Assembly: GCA_963726455.1 (NCBI GenBank)
Contig: CAVSCK010000003.1
Coordinates: 160,001-224,000, forward strand
Reading direction: 5' to 3'
Source: an uncultured bacterium
Lineage (GTDB): Bacteria; Zixibacteria; MSB-5A5; CAIYYT01
DNA length: 64,000 nt
Shown here: positions 40,256 through 50,374 of the stretch, one piece after another
How positions within the stretch are numbered: the first letter of the stretch is position 1
Layout of the letters: each line of letters begins with the position of its first letter
Program-made: the position numbers and the translations under genes
Notes under the pieces: model-generated
Database searches by the model: none
What the model was told of the DNA's origin: nothing
What the model saw: the letters and a program-made list of their open reading frames with translations, nothing else

Positions 40256-41722
40256 TTGATAAAGATTCCCACTAAACAGGAATTGTTACAGTTACAGAAA
40301 CTGTACCGAACTGACAAAAAGATCGGGCAGGCCCTGGGCAATGTGCCTGAGCAATTGGTTGCCTACTGGCGGCGAAAAAAGGGCGTCGGCAAATCGGTAT
40401 TTCCCAAATATACACAGCGCGAAATCAGCGAGCTGTGGGAACGCTTTGGGGATGACCTGCGCGCCGGGCAGGAACTGGACATCACCAAGCAGGCATTCTA
40501 TCGCTGGCGGAAGAAATACAAAATCTTCAATCGGCCGGCTATCCTGCGTCTCGAACAACTGGAGTTGAAATTCTTCGACGAGCAGCGGCTAAATCGCAGC
40601 GGTGAGAAAGTCTGGCCGGCGCAAACATTCCTGCAGAAGATCGTCTCCTTTCACGATCCGGCTCAATATCCCGCGGTCGGCCAGCGGTCAATCGTGCCGG
40701 TCGACTTGATTATCTCTATCAGCGATCTCGGCATTGTCGCCCTAACGCCAAACAGCGACAAAGGCCAGAAGAATGACCAGAGTACGCCGGAAATACACGA
40801 GTCGTTTATGGCCATGATTGAGAGCGGACACTTTCGCGCAAATCAGATTATTGTGTCGGATCGTCATGAAGCTTCAGCGCTGGCGGTAACTTCGTCTTTC
40901 GTCAAAGTAGTCACCCCGACGCCGCGATTCCTCGACCAACCTCCGGAGGTAACGGAGATCGAGGTCACGCCGACGCTCAAGGTCATATTACCGAGCACGT
41001 CGCCGGTGCGTCACAACGCTTTCGACGCCGCCTGTCGCATTTATGAATCCGTTGCCGGATTGGGGGATAAGAAATTTCTCATTGAATTGTCCGGCCCTGG
41101 TGTTGAGGGGCTTCCAATCGACGATCGCATGTCTCTCCTCGGATACGCCTGCTACTTGACCGGAAGGCACGCAGTGGTCGAGCCCGACCAAACTTTCCTG
41201 AACTTTATCGGCCGGTTCACCAAAAGCGAAGGGCCGATACCTTTCTCCGACAAGAACGCACCGTTGCTCGATACACTAACAGTCACAATGGCCAAACGCC
41301 GTACTGCCGTTTACTCGCTTTCAAAGAAGGAATTCGTCACTGATCCACAAGAATTCAATTCCCTGCAGCTTCGCCGAATTCGCGTCGGCCCGCTATTGGG
41401 CGGCAATCTCGACGATTTCCACCAGCTCGCCATGGCAATGCGAGGTGAAACGATCCGTAAGAATCTCCAACTGTACCTGATTCCTTCCAGCCAGAGCGTC
41501 TTTGCCGAAGCATTACGCCGGCGTTATGTCCACGCCATTGTCGAGGCCGGTGGCAAGGTCGGAAATATCTGCTGCTGCCCGCCACTGCCCAAACTCGGTG
41601 CTGGAGAATATGAATTGACGACTGAAATTTCGGCGCCTGATGCTGAGAGCTATCTGGTGTCAATTCCCACTATTGTTCAAAGTCTTCGAAGTGGAAAGAT
41701 TGCCCGTCGCGCCTTCGACTAG
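40256..41722 (+). CDS. Tandem HTH fused to a degenerate LeuC/homoaconitase large-subunit domain
   Basis: Two HTH-like repeats ending YWRRKKGV and YRWRKKYKI; the rest is colinear with LeuC (QTFLQKI, IELSGPGVEGLPIDDRMSL, LIPSSQSVFAEAL, IVEAGG). Confidence 0.75.
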   Translation: MIKIPTKQELLQLQKLYRTDKKIGQALGNVPEQLVAYWRRKKGVGKSVFPKYTQREISELWERFGDDLRAGQELDITKQAFYRWRKKYKIFNRPAILRLEQLELKFFDEQRLNRSGEKVWPAQTFLQKIVSFHDPAQYPAVGQRSIVPVDLIISISDLGIVALTPNSDKGQKNDQSTPEIHESFMAMIESGHFRANQIIVSDRHEASALAVTSSFVKVVTPTPRFLDQPPEVTEIEVTPTLKVILPSTSPVRHNAFDAACRIYESVAGLGDKKFLIELSGPGVEGLPIDDRMSLLGYACYLTGRHAVVEPDQTFLNFIGRFTKSEGPIPFSDKNAPLLDTLTVTMAKRRTAVYSLSKKEFVTDPQEFNSLQLRRIRVGPLLGGNLDDFHQLAMAMRGETIRKNLQLYLIPSSQSVFAEALRRRYVHAIVEAGGKVGNICCCPPLPKLGAGEYELTTEISAPDAESYLVSIPTIVQSLRSGKIARRAFD

Positions 41723-41742
41723 CAGGTTAGCCGACGCGCGCT

Positions 41743-42480
41743 CTATTTCTGCTTGGAACTTCCCGCGTACCCTAGAGTGAACTCAGAGCCATCAAAGCGC
41801 ACGTAGCTGAAATTGGTGAGCCAGTCACCGGAATTGACATAGTAACCGCCGCCAATTTCGCGAATTTCCGGCAAATGAATGTGCCCGCAGACGACCGCAA
41901 AGTAGCCCTCACTTACCTTGGCCCGCGCAAACTGAACGCATTCTTCGACGAACGAATCCTTCGGACGTTTCTGGGTGTGGCCTCGTGACCTTCGTGAAAC
42001 CCCTAATGCGAGATTATATGCCAGACTGGGCGGCAGTTGGCTATAAAGAAAGATATTGAGACGATTTCTTAATATCCTCTTCAAGATGCGGTACTTCCAG
42101 TCGGATGGCGCTATGCCATCACCGTGGAGTACCAGAACTTTCCCCCTGGCCGAATCGATGGTAAAGTCGTCCCGCACCAGCCCAATCCCTAATTCCGAAT
42201 CAAAAAATTCACCCATCCAAAAATCATGATTCCCGCACACATAAGTTACTCGCACTCCCTCGCTGACTAAGTCCCGCAGTCTGCACAATACGTCCTGATG
42301 ATGTTTGGGAATCAGATGGCGATACTCAAACCAGAAGTCGAACATATCGCCGAGAATGACCAGGTGATCAAGGTCCGCCTTGATCTGCACCAGCAGATCG
42401 CAGAATCGCCGATATTTCTCGCGATCGCGCTCGGGATCGCTTTCCCCCAGATGAAAGTCAGAAACGAAATACGTCGCCAT
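41743..42480 (-). CDS. lpxH: UDP-2,3-diacylglucosamine diphosphatase
   Basis: SDFHLG, LGDMFDFWFEY, GNHDFW, HGD, GHIH, NSGDW. Confidence 0.9.
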   Translation of the reverse strand: MATYFVSDFHLGESDPERDREKYRRFCDLLVQIKADLDHLVILGDMFDFWFEYRHLIPKHHQDVLCRLRDLVSEGVRVTYVCGNHDFWMGEFFDSELGIGLVRDDFTIDSARGKVLVLHGDGIAPSDWKYRILKRILRNRLNIFLYSQLPPSLAYNLALGVSRRSRGHTQKRPKDSFVEECVQFARAKVSEGYFAVVCGHIHLPEIREIGGGYYVNSGDWLTNFSYVRFDGSEFTLGYAGSSKQK

Positions 42481-42741
42481 GCCGTGAATCTATCATGATC
42501 GACAATCATAGTAAAGCATAATGAGTCAGGCGTGATGCCTGATGAACTGTTCACTTTTGAAACCTTGGCTCCACAAAATGTGGGTGATCTCATACTTTGA
42601 GTACACGATATCGCGGCTTCGACTATCCAACTTCCGAGCAATCTTCGATGGCCCAAGTTTGAAGTCAAAGTCAGCTGCCGAAAATGTTCAAGATTCTTAC
42701 AAGAATCTCGCCTCATTCATCCCCAAAATCTGCTATCGGAT

Positions 42742-42768
42742 TAAAGTAATCTCGCATAAGTCCGATAC
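42742..42768 (+). promoter_or_regulatory. Sigma28 (FliA/WhiG)-like promoter
   Basis: TAAA-15 nt-TCCGATAC versus the consensus TAAA-N15-GCCGATAA. Confidence 0.5.
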
Positions 42769-42871
42769 TTTAACGTGTTAACCCAATTAGTTAACAAAGT
42801 CATGGTAGTAGACAATAGACTTCAGGATGAAGTACAATCAACTAATAGTCCTTACTTGAAAGGAGCAAAGG

Positions 42872-43153
42872 ATGAATCGCAGAACCAGACGCACCTGGCA
42901 CAGCAAGACCAGACGCACGACCGGCTGGAACCGGACGACCAGTTACACTCGCCGTTTTAATGCCACCGGCCGCATGAAAAACTGGACTCCTTCCGAGATC
43001 AACACTCTGAAGAAGATCTATCGCACGAACTCGAACGTGTCCATTGCCAAGAAACTTGGCCGCACCGAGGGTTCGGTCCAGTACAAGGCCTCCAGCCTTG
43101 GCCTCAGAAAGAGCCCGTCATATCTGAAGCAGATCAGAAACAACTGGGCCTGA
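42872..43153 (+). CDS. Small basic protein: Arg/Thr-rich tail plus Myb-like HTH
   Basis: AAGGAG RBS; WTPSEINTLKKIY...IAKKLGRTEGSVQYKASSLGLRKS; followed by a strong terminator. Confidence 0.85.
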   Translation: MNRRTRRTWHSKTRRTTGWNRTTSYTRRFNATGRMKNWTPSEINTLKKIYRTNSNVSIAKKLGRTEGSVQYKASSLGLRKSPSYLKQIRNNWA

Positions 43154-43177
43154 GAGCAATAAATTTGCTTGAAAATC

Positions 43178-43203
43178 GGCGGCAGCAATGCCGCCTTTTT
43201 TTT
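43178..43203 (+). terminator. Intrinsic terminator
   Basis: GGCGGCA-GCAA-TGCCGCC followed by T8. Confidence 0.9.
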
Positions 43204-43259
43204 GCTTTGCTATCCTTTCCCTATCTCCGCTATACTGTTGCCTCCGGAGGTTCACCCTA

Positions 43260-44585
43260 TTGCGGTTCTTTGATTCGACAGTCGTCCTGCTCTTCTCGCA
43301 AATCCTCACCCTGTTGGCGGCGTTTGTCATCAACCTCGCCGTCAGCCGCACGCTCGGCGACACCGGCAAAGGTCTCGTAACGCTTCTCATTTACATCCCG
43401 TCGATTCTTTTCGCTGTCAGCCATCTGGGCATGGGGGTGGCCACTCAGTATTTCATCAGCCGCAAGGAAGGTTCACCCCGGTCGCATCTCTCCAACGCCG
43501 TGATCTTCCCGACCGTCATGGGCCTCATCGCCATTGCCGCCTTCTGCCTGACGTATGACTTCTGGAAACCCTACACCGACAACCTGCCGCTGGCGACGCT
43601 TCTGCCACCCCTGTTCGGCCTGCCGCTGATGATCATCTACGAGCTCTGCGCCCAGCAGCTTATCGCGCACGGACGCATCGTCCAGAAGAGTGTGTCTGAT
43701 ATCATTCAGACTTACGCAAGTCTGGCCGTAATCTGTCTCGTGCTTCTGCTTCCCATCCGTTCGGCGGCCTGGGTGGTGAACGGCTATATTCTCGGCTGGG
43801 GCATCGGGGCTTTCATCAATTTGTACAACTGTTCGCGAATTGTCGGGTTTCCATCAACGCCGTCCTGGACATTGTTCAGGAAATCGTTCAGATATAGTAT
43901 CTGGATCTACGTCCATTCCGCCTTCGTCTACGTACTCACGCGCTGTGATTTCATCCTGATCGTCGCGCTGCAAAGCAGCATCGGTGCGGGCGGAATCTAT
44001 TCCGTGGCAGCCGGATTGACTATGCCGTTGATGATGATACCCTATGCCGTTCAGACCGTATTCTTCCCCAAGGCCTCGGCGCAGTCGGACGAGGACGCCA
44101 ACCGTACGACTCCATTCTACTTTCGCCAACTTGTACTGGTAATGACCGGTCTTGCGGTAGTGGCAGCGCTCTTGTCGCACCCCGTACTCCTTTTATTCGG
44201 CGGCAATTTCGTCGACGGCCAGGTCGCCATGTTGATTCTGCTGGTGGCCTCGATCTTGAGAGGTACCGGCGGTGTCCTGTCTGTCCATGTGCTAGGCCGC
44301 GGCCGGGCCGCATTGACGGCACTGGTGGCAGGCATAACTCTCGCCGTGGCGCTGCTCCTGAACTTCCTGTTGATCCCCTGGTTGGGGATGAACGGTGCAG
44401 CACTAGGCATGACCGGCGCTTACTTTGTCCAGAACGTTTTCCTGATAATTGTGTTTCGCACTGTGGCAGGGGGCAGGATCAGCCAGCTTTTCGCTTTCAG
44501 CTTCGGCGACGTTCAAGCGCTGATAAACACCGGCAGGGATTTCTTGCGACGCCTGACCTCACGCTATCGGCCCGGAACGGATTAG
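43260..44585 (+). CDS. Polysaccharide flippase (Wzx/MOP superfamily)
   Basis: About 12 TM helices, SRTLGDTGKG, GIYSVA, LIPWLGMNGAA; GGAGG RBS before TTG 43260. Confidence 0.85.
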   Translation: MRFFDSTVVLLFSQILTLLAAFVINLAVSRTLGDTGKGLVTLLIYIPSILFAVSHLGMGVATQYFISRKEGSPRSHLSNAVIFPTVMGLIAIAAFCLTYDFWKPYTDNLPLATLLPPLFGLPLMIIYELCAQQLIAHGRIVQKSVSDIIQTYASLAVICLVLLLPIRSAAWVVNGYILGWGIGAFINLYNCSRIVGFPSTPSWTLFRKSFRYSIWIYVHSAFVYVLTRCDFILIVALQSSIGAGGIYSVAAGLTMPLMMIPYAVQTVFFPKASAQSDEDANRTTPFYFRQLVLVMTGLAVVAALLSHPVLLLFGGNFVDGQVAMLILLVASILRGTGGVLSVHVLGRGRAALTALVAGITLAVALLLNFLLIPWLGMNGAALGMTGAYFVQNVFLIIVFRTVAGGRISQLFAFSFGDVQALINTGRDFLRRLTSRYRPGTD

Positions 44586-45535
44586 AGATCGTCCGCTTCA
44601 AAGGCGCTGCACAACTGAATTCCGCGCGATTCCAGTTCATATATCTTTTCCAGCAATGCACCGGCGTTATCCAGTTTGCCGTTCTTTGCTTCTAGTGCAA
44701 TCTGCGTCCAGAGCGATGCCGATTCCGAGAAGTTGGATGCCGCCAGATCGTAAATCGATCGCGAATACATCTGCGAGGCCTGATCGAGAAACTCGGAAAA
44801 TAATTTGCGCGACAGGCCGCCACCGGTGCCGGCCTTTTCGATTTGAGTATAGAGCATTTTCGGGGGGTTATAATCGCGCAAGTGATCTCGCAGATCGAAT
44901 ATTTGCAGCAGATTCGTGCCCTGGTGATGATTCAGAAATCTCTGGCTTACGTTAAATAGCGCCTTGGTAATCATTTCTTCCGCAAACGGCCGCTCGTCCA
45001 TCTTCTCGATACGAACCCGTTTTCGGGCGGGTGTGAATGGCGGCTGCGCCGACTTGCGCGCCTCGATGAACTTATCCATCGGGCATTGCTGAATCTGCTG
45101 GTAGCCCGTATCGGCAACATACACGAAATCGCTGTCGTAACCGGTCGGCACCAGCCGGTGACCGGCGAAGTGCATCGTCGACTGGAAATACGGCAGATAG
45201 AACAGATCGACCTGCACCATCACCGGTACCTGGCGGTCGATGTGATCCCGCAAATCCAGCATTGCCGAATTATCTGAGTCAAATTCAGCGACGTCGTACT
45301 CCAACCCCAGGTTGCGGCAGAAGGAATCGACCAGTCCCGGCGCTACGCCGCTCAGGTATGGATTGACCAGTCCCTCCACGCTCCGAAACTGAAATCCCAA
45401 ACCCTCTGCCAGGCCGAAAACCATCGGTTCCTGATACCGGTAGCCATAATGGTTAACTATGTTCCGAATCGCGGTCGTAACACAATTATGACCGGGCAGA
45501 TGTTTGAAGTTGCGAATTTCGTTCTGTTGCATCAT
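44582..45535 (-). CDS. BtrH N-terminal/DUF4872 papain-like protein
   Basis: GHNCVTTAIRN, MVFGLAEGLGF, VDLFYLPY, HFAGH, EKAGTGGG. Confidence 0.85.
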   Translation of the reverse strand: MMQQNEIRNFKHLPGHNCVTTAIRNIVNHYGYRYQEPMVFGLAEGLGFQFRSVEGLVNPYLSGVAPGLVDSFCRNLGLEYDVAEFDSDNSAMLDLRDHIDRQVPVMVQVDLFYLPYFQSTMHFAGHRLVPTGYDSDFVYVADTGYQQIQQCPMDKFIEARKSAQPPFTPARKRVRIEKMDERPFAEEMITKALFNVSQRFLNHHQGTNLLQIFDLRDHLRDYNPPKMLYTQIEKAGTGGGLSRKLFSEFLDQASQMYSRSIYDLAASNFSESASLWTQIALEAKNGKLDNAGALLEKIYELESRGIQLCSAFEADDL

Positions 45536-45615
45536 AGTGACACGAGCAAATTAAGATAGATATTTGAGCATTTGACAAAAGCGTTTAATCAAACGGCAAA
45601 AGAGGAAGTTCCATT

Positions 45616-46617
45616 ATGGCCAAACATAAAGTGACATTGATAAAGGGAGACGGGATCGGGCCTGAAATCAGCCAGGCGACCTGCAGAGTTATCGAGGCAG
45701 CCGGAGTGGAAATCGAATGGGAAGACCTGCCGGCCGGCATCAATGCCATTCCTGATTATGGCAGTCCCGTGCCCGACGTGGTGCTCGATTCCATTCGACA
45801 AAATAAAGTCGCACTCAAAGGCCCGCTAACTACGTTCGTTGCCAAGGGGTTCTCCTCGGCGAACGTTACTCTCCGCAAAAAGCTCGACCTCTACGCCAAC
45901 CTGCGTCCGGTGCACTCTCTGGAGGGAGTCAAGTCGCGTTACGACAACGTCGATCTGATCATCGTACGCGAGAACACTGAAGATCTCTATTCCGGCATCG
46001 AGCATATAATCGCCCCCGGAGTTTCGGAAGCCATCAAAGTCATCACGTTGCAGGCCTCGGCCAGGATTGGCAGGTATGCCTTTGAATATGCCCGCAAGAC
46101 CGGCCGCAAACGCGTCACCGCCGTGCACAAAGCCAACATCATGAAGTTATCCGACGGCCTGTTCCTGGATTCAATTACCGACGTCGCCAAGGAGTATCCC
46201 GACATCAAATTCGACGACGTCATCGTTGACGCTCTCTGCATGAAACTCGTCCTCGACCCGACCCAATTCGATATTCTCGTGTTGTCCAATCTCTATGGCG
46301 ACATCGTGTCCGACCTGGCTGCCGGCCTCGTCGGCGGCTTGGGAATGGTGCCTGGCGCCAATATCGGTACTGATTGCGCCGTCTTCGAGGCGGTACATGG
46401 CTCCGCCCCCGATATAGCCGGCAAGGGAATCGCCAACCCCTGTGCACTCATATTCTCTGGGATTCTGATGCTGCGTCACCTGCACGAAGACGCCGCCGCC
46501 GACAAGATCATGAATGCGATACTCTCCGTCTTTCGCGAAGGCAAGTTACGCACCCGTGACCTTGGTGGCACCGCGACAACAGCCGAATTCACTCAGGCCG
46601 TTATCAGTAAGATGTAG
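45616..46617 (+). CDS. Isocitrate/isopropylmalate dehydrogenase family (NAD-IDH-like)
   Basis: [54 protein letters not shown]. Confidence 0.92.
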   Translation: MAKHKVTLIKGDGIGPEISQATCRVIEAAGVEIEWEDLPAGINAIPDYGSPVPDVVLDSIRQNKVALKGPLTTFVAKGFSSANVTLRKKLDLYANLRPVHSLEGVKSRYDNVDLIIVRENTEDLYSGIEHIIAPGVSEAIKVITLQASARIGRYAFEYARKTGRKRVTAVHKANIMKLSDGLFLDSITDVAKEYPDIKFDDVIVDALCMKLVLDPTQFDILVLSNLYGDIVSDLAAGLVGGLGMVPGANIGTDCAVFEAVHGSAPDIAGKGIANPCALIFSGILMLRHLHEDAAADKIMNAILSVFREGKLRTRDLGGTATTAEFTQAVISKM

Positions 46618-46854
46618 GTTCGTCGCATTTGCCGCGCCAAATTCCGTTTCGTCCCGGCTTGTCTTGTGATTGAGAAAAGATCTCGGCCGCCAGGAAATCA
46701 TCACACGTTTCGACGTATGCACGAAAGTCGGTCTGCAAACCTAGAGAGGAGGCGGTCTTCCTGATCGCCTCTTCCGCCTTAAAGATCACCTCAATACAAT
46801 GGTGACGTCTCTGCTGGTTGATTTCGACCGGCGCCAACGGGGCGGCGATTGAAC

Positions 46855-47904
46855 CTATTTCCCTGTCTTCAGATGGAAATAGATCTCGTTTTCGATATTG
46901 GCGGTATACTGAGTGGCTTGGCTGGCTCGTACTTTTGAGCGCTCGGCCGTAATCTTATCCTTCTCCTGCTGGCTGAACACGTAGCCGTTCTCGTAATCGA
47001 ACATCAATGTGCCGGTTACGTCCACGCGATCAACGCCTTTGGTCGTAAGCGTGTCGGACTCCATCACATCAAACGGCAGAATCAGGTTGCCCTTGTAATC
47101 TATCACCGCGCACTTGTGTCCGTCGGCGTTCACAAAGTCAGTTACCCGATAAGTTGTCGATGCATCCAGCTTCTCGCCCGACGGCATGAACACCTTGACT
47201 GTCTGCATCCAGGTGTAACCCTTGCCGACCGGCTCCGTGGGAAATGTCGGCTGCGACTGCTCCAGATTCGATTGCGCATATTCTTTCCACTGCGCTTCTT
47301 TGTTCTCGGTGGGCAATTCCAAGCCGGTGATCTTGCCGTCAGTCGCCATCTGGTATGAGAGCTTCTCATTACGCGAAACGACCTTGATGACATTGCTGGT
47401 ATCCTTCTCGCTCCAGCTCCAGGTGGACGTTTCGTCGATCTTGGCGCCGCCGTCGGGCAAAACCTCGGTGACCTTCTGAATCATCTCGCCCTTGGATCTT
47501 GATTCCACGGGCTGAACGCTGGAATTCGCCATCGAGATTTTCTGCACGCTGGTTTGTTCCCAGGTCAGCTCCCGTCCCGGCTCGAATTTCATCGCCAGCC
47601 GCACCGTTTTCGATGACTCACTGCAACCGCCAACGGCCAAAACCAGTGACAGCGCAACCGCCGTTACTCCCGCAGTCAACCCCAGGCGATGATGTTGTAT
47701 CAGGTATCCCCCTTGCCGCACGGAGGGCACCCCCGTTTGGTCATGAGGGAAAAATAATTGTAAGCGGTGGAGTGCCCAGGCGGCGGAGAGCCACCCATAG
47801 GGGTGGAATACGAAGAAGAGGGAAAACTCCGGAACAACTCCGGCTGACAGTGGCCGGGAGTCATCCCGGTTAATCAATGCCCTAATTTTGTCCGAGATTA
47901 GCAT
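46855..47904 (-). CDS. DUF6263-like lipoprotein; true start probably near 47700
   Basis: Lipobox LAVGGC, FPTEPVGKGYTW, beta-rich body; the first ~65 codons of the ORF are hairpin-rich and look non-coding. Confidence 0.6.
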   Translation of the reverse strand: MLISDKIRALINRDDSRPLSAGVVPEFSLFFVFHPYGWLSAAWALHRLQLFFPHDQTGVPSVRQGGYLIQHHRLGLTAGVTAVALSLVLAVGGCSESSKTVRLAMKFEPGRELTWEQTSVQKISMANSSVQPVESRSKGEMIQKVTEVLPDGGAKIDETSTWSWSEKDTSNVIKVVSRNEKLSYQMATDGKITGLELPTENKEAQWKEYAQSNLEQSQPTFPTEPVGKGYTWMQTVKVFMPSGEKLDASTTYRVTDFVNADGHKCAVIDYKGNLILPFDVMESDTLTTKGVDRVDVTGTLMFDYENGYVFSQQEKDKITAERSKVRASQATQYTANIENEIYFHLKTGK

Positions 47905-47924
47905 TTACGATCTCGCTGTAATTC

Positions 47925-48497
47925 CTACAGCCGTCTGCCCGCCCCCAGCAACGCCTGCGACCTTGACAACGACGACGGTGATCCGAGTATTCCCATCGAC
48001 ATCGTAAGTATTTCGCGGTATCGTTGCATATCCTCCGGCGACACTTGCCCTTGTTCCAGTTTCGACACTTGCTCGGTGTAGCCATCGCCGATTGACATAT
48101 AGGGGCCATAGACTACCTGTGTCTCAACCTTGCCGATGCGGCCATGATACGTAAATACGGCCACCGCCGCAACCAACAAAACTGCTGCGATCGTTACCAG
48201 CGCCGGCGCCGGTCTTAACCATTGCGGCAGCAACCAGGATTCGATGCGTTTCCAGATTGTTACCCGCTCGATCACCACTCGTTCGTGGATGCGCTGTCGT
48301 ATCAGGGCAAAATATACATCATCCGGCATCTGCACTTTGCGCGAAGACATGAGCCGGAGATAATCAAGCTCTGCGTCGATCTCGGCGCGACTGACCTGAC
48401 CCGAGGCCTCCAGCTCACTCAGCTTGGTCGCCGAGTCGGGCCGCAGGTCATCCGGCGTGAGGTCGAGCAACGGATGATCGGGTTGGTGTTTCTTCAT
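47925..48497 (-). CDS. Probable single-pass anti-sigma factor
   Basis: Directly downstream of the ECF sigma; MPDDVYFALIRQRI segment followed by one TM helix. Confidence 0.65.
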   Translation of the reverse strand: MKKHQPDHPLLDLTPDDLRPDSATKLSELEASGQVSRAEIDAELDYLRLMSSRKVQMPDDVYFALIRQRIHERVVIERVTIWKRIESWLLPQWLRPAPALVTIAAVLLVAAVAVFTYHGRIGKVETQVVYGPYMSIGDGYTEQVSKLEQGQVSPEDMQRYREILTMSMGILGSPSSLSRSQALLGAGRRL

Positions 48498-48502
48498 GAC
48501 TG

Positions 48503-49108
48503 CTATTTCCTTCCCTTGTCGTCTTTGAGAACCGTCCCGTCGAGTAAGTGGCTGATTCTATGCTTTACCTTGGAACGGGCAATAAAAAGATTCGACCTCA
48601 CCGTCGCCTGCGGACAATCCAGCATACTGGCGATTTCCTCCTTCGAAAATCCTTCGATGTCGTGGAGGATGATTGTCGTGCGCTGCTTGCGCGGCAGCTC
48701 TGAGATCGCTCGGTTTATCAATTCCAACACCTGTTTGTTTTCATGCTGCTGTTCCGGAGTAGGAACTGTCCGAGACAGTTCCAACTGGTACATGCCAGAC
48801 TCCTGGAATTCCTGATCGTTGACATCGACATACTTTCTCTGCCGCTTGCGAATAATGTCGATGCAGCAGTTGGTCGCAATCTTGAATATGAAGCTGGGAA
48901 AGTAAGAATCAGACTTGAGCCGGACGATATTCTTGACCAGACGGACAAACGTCTCTTGCAGGACTTCCCCGGCCTCTGTATGGTTTCCCAGCATTTGGTA
49001 TGCATGTGCGTATATTCTCTTCTCAAAAAGCCGAATTAGTTCGTTAAATGCCTTTTCGTCACCTGCTTTGAACCGCTCTACCAGTTCCGGTATATTGTCA
49101 CTCACCAT
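48503..49108 (-). CDS. ECF family RNA polymerase sigma factor
   Basis: GDEKAFNEL, LQETFV, IATNCCIDIIRK, LPRKQR...EEIASML...TVRSNLFIAR. Confidence 0.95.
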   Translation of the reverse strand: MVSDNIPELVERFKAGDEKAFNELIRLFEKRIYAHAYQMLGNHTEAGEVLQETFVRLVKNIVRLKSDSYFPSFIFKIATNCCIDIIRKRQRKYVDVNDQEFQESGMYQLELSRTVPTPEQQHENKQVLELINRAISELPRKQRTTIILHDIEGFSKEEIASMLDCPQATVRSNLFIARSKVKHRISHLLDGTVLKDDKGRK

Positions 49109-49135
49109 GCCCCAGACTCCCCAACACTAACAGAT

Positions 49136-49161
49136 GACGCGGAGTAACGAAGTTTGTTTAA
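49136..49161 (-). promoter_or_regulatory. ECF-type (possibly autoregulatory) promoter
   Basis: Minus strand AAAC-16 nt-CGTC, ending 27 nt upstream of the sigma ATG. Confidence 0.45.
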
Positions 49162-49329
49162 AACTAATTGCTGCAACGAAATCCAAGCTTTATCAGCCAA
49201 CCGGCTGTTCTATATGTCTCGCATACTGGAGCAACAAATCGGGCACTTTGTTCACGTTTTACCGCAAAATTCAGTCGACATTGTGCTCTTGTCGATGTAT
49301 AAATAAACAAACGGTTTATGAAAGGATAA

Positions 49330-50310
49330 ATGATGTCCCGATCGCTCACTTTGCTCCTGGTCTTGTTAGTCACACTCATTGTTGTTCAGCCGGCAGCCGG
49401 CCAGTTCGAAAAAGAGGCCGGCAAGCTGTTGTTCCATAATGCTCTTTATCCTGCTCCTGCCGGACCGGGCAAGGTGGCGTTCCTGCGCGTAGATCCTAAA
49501 ATACCTGATTCGCCTCTGGAATTGTACGTCGGCGACATGAAAACTCTTGCGGAAACAAGGGTATTGCCGGGAATCAACTTCTCGGACTTGCCGGCGCCCG
49601 TATTCGCATGGTCCCCGGATGGAACAGAATTTCTTGTGCCACAGAAAGTCAAGGGGAATTGGGAGATATTCAAATTCAAAACGGGCGAGAAAACCGGCCA
49701 GCAGGTTGGGAGTCTGATCCAGTTCCGGGAGAACATCTCGCCGGAAGCCATGAAGACACAGCAACTTACCGATGACATGATCCTCGCCATCGGCGAAATG
49801 GCTTATTCCCCGTCCGGCAAGTTCGTCATATTCACACTCAACCGTCCTGGCAAAACAGCCGTGTTCTGGATGGATCTTCAGACCGGCAAGGTCAGACAAG
49901 CCACCGAAAGCCAAATCGGCTACAACGGGAGCTTCGCTCCGGACGATGACCATTTCTCTTATTGCGCCATTGTTCGCAAACAAGGCATGAATACTGACGA
50001 GGACATCATCCTGCGATCCATAAAGACAGGCGCCACAGACACGCTGCTTCACACGACGGCCATGGAATCTGAAGGGTCAATATCCCCTGACGGCAAGTTT
50101 CTGGTCTACCGTGTCACTGGCTCGAAGGGCGAGAACAATCTCTGGATCATGAATCTCGCCACCAAGGAATCACGCCAATTCACGACCATCACCGTTGGCA
50201 AGAACTGCGTGATGCCCCACTGGACTTCTGATGGACGACAAATTGTTTATCAGGGCTCAGGGTTCGCTCCGCAGCCGGGCGTTCTGGTTAAGGATTTCGT
50301 GCCTTTCTAA
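49330..50310 (+). CDS. TolB-like PD40 beta-propeller secreted protein
   Basis: Signal peptide; WSPDG, YSPSG, FAPDD, ISPDG, WTSDG repeats. Confidence 0.85.
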   Translation: MMSRSLTLLLVLLVTLIVVQPAAGQFEKEAGKLLFHNALYPAPAGPGKVAFLRVDPKIPDSPLELYVGDMKTLAETRVLPGINFSDLPAPVFAWSPDGTEFLVPQKVKGNWEIFKFKTGEKTGQQVGSLIQFRENISPEAMKTQQLTDDMILAIGEMAYSPSGKFVIFTLNRPGKTAVFWMDLQTGKVRQATESQIGYNGSFAPDDDHFSYCAIVRKQGMNTDEDIILRSIKTGATDTLLHTTAMESEGSISPDGKFLVYRVTGSKGENNLWIMNLATKESRQFTTITVGKNCVMPHWTSDGRQIVYQGSGFAPQPGVLVKDFVPF

Positions 50311-50344
50311 CTATCGCTATTCTCGAACGTACAGATATTCTGGC

Positions 50345-50374
50345 AAACGCCGTTCAATCACTTGAACGGCGTTT
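50345..50374. terminator. Perfect 13-bp hairpin, likely terminator
   Basis: AAACGCCGTTCAA-TCAC-TTGAACGGCGTTT. Confidence 0.75.
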
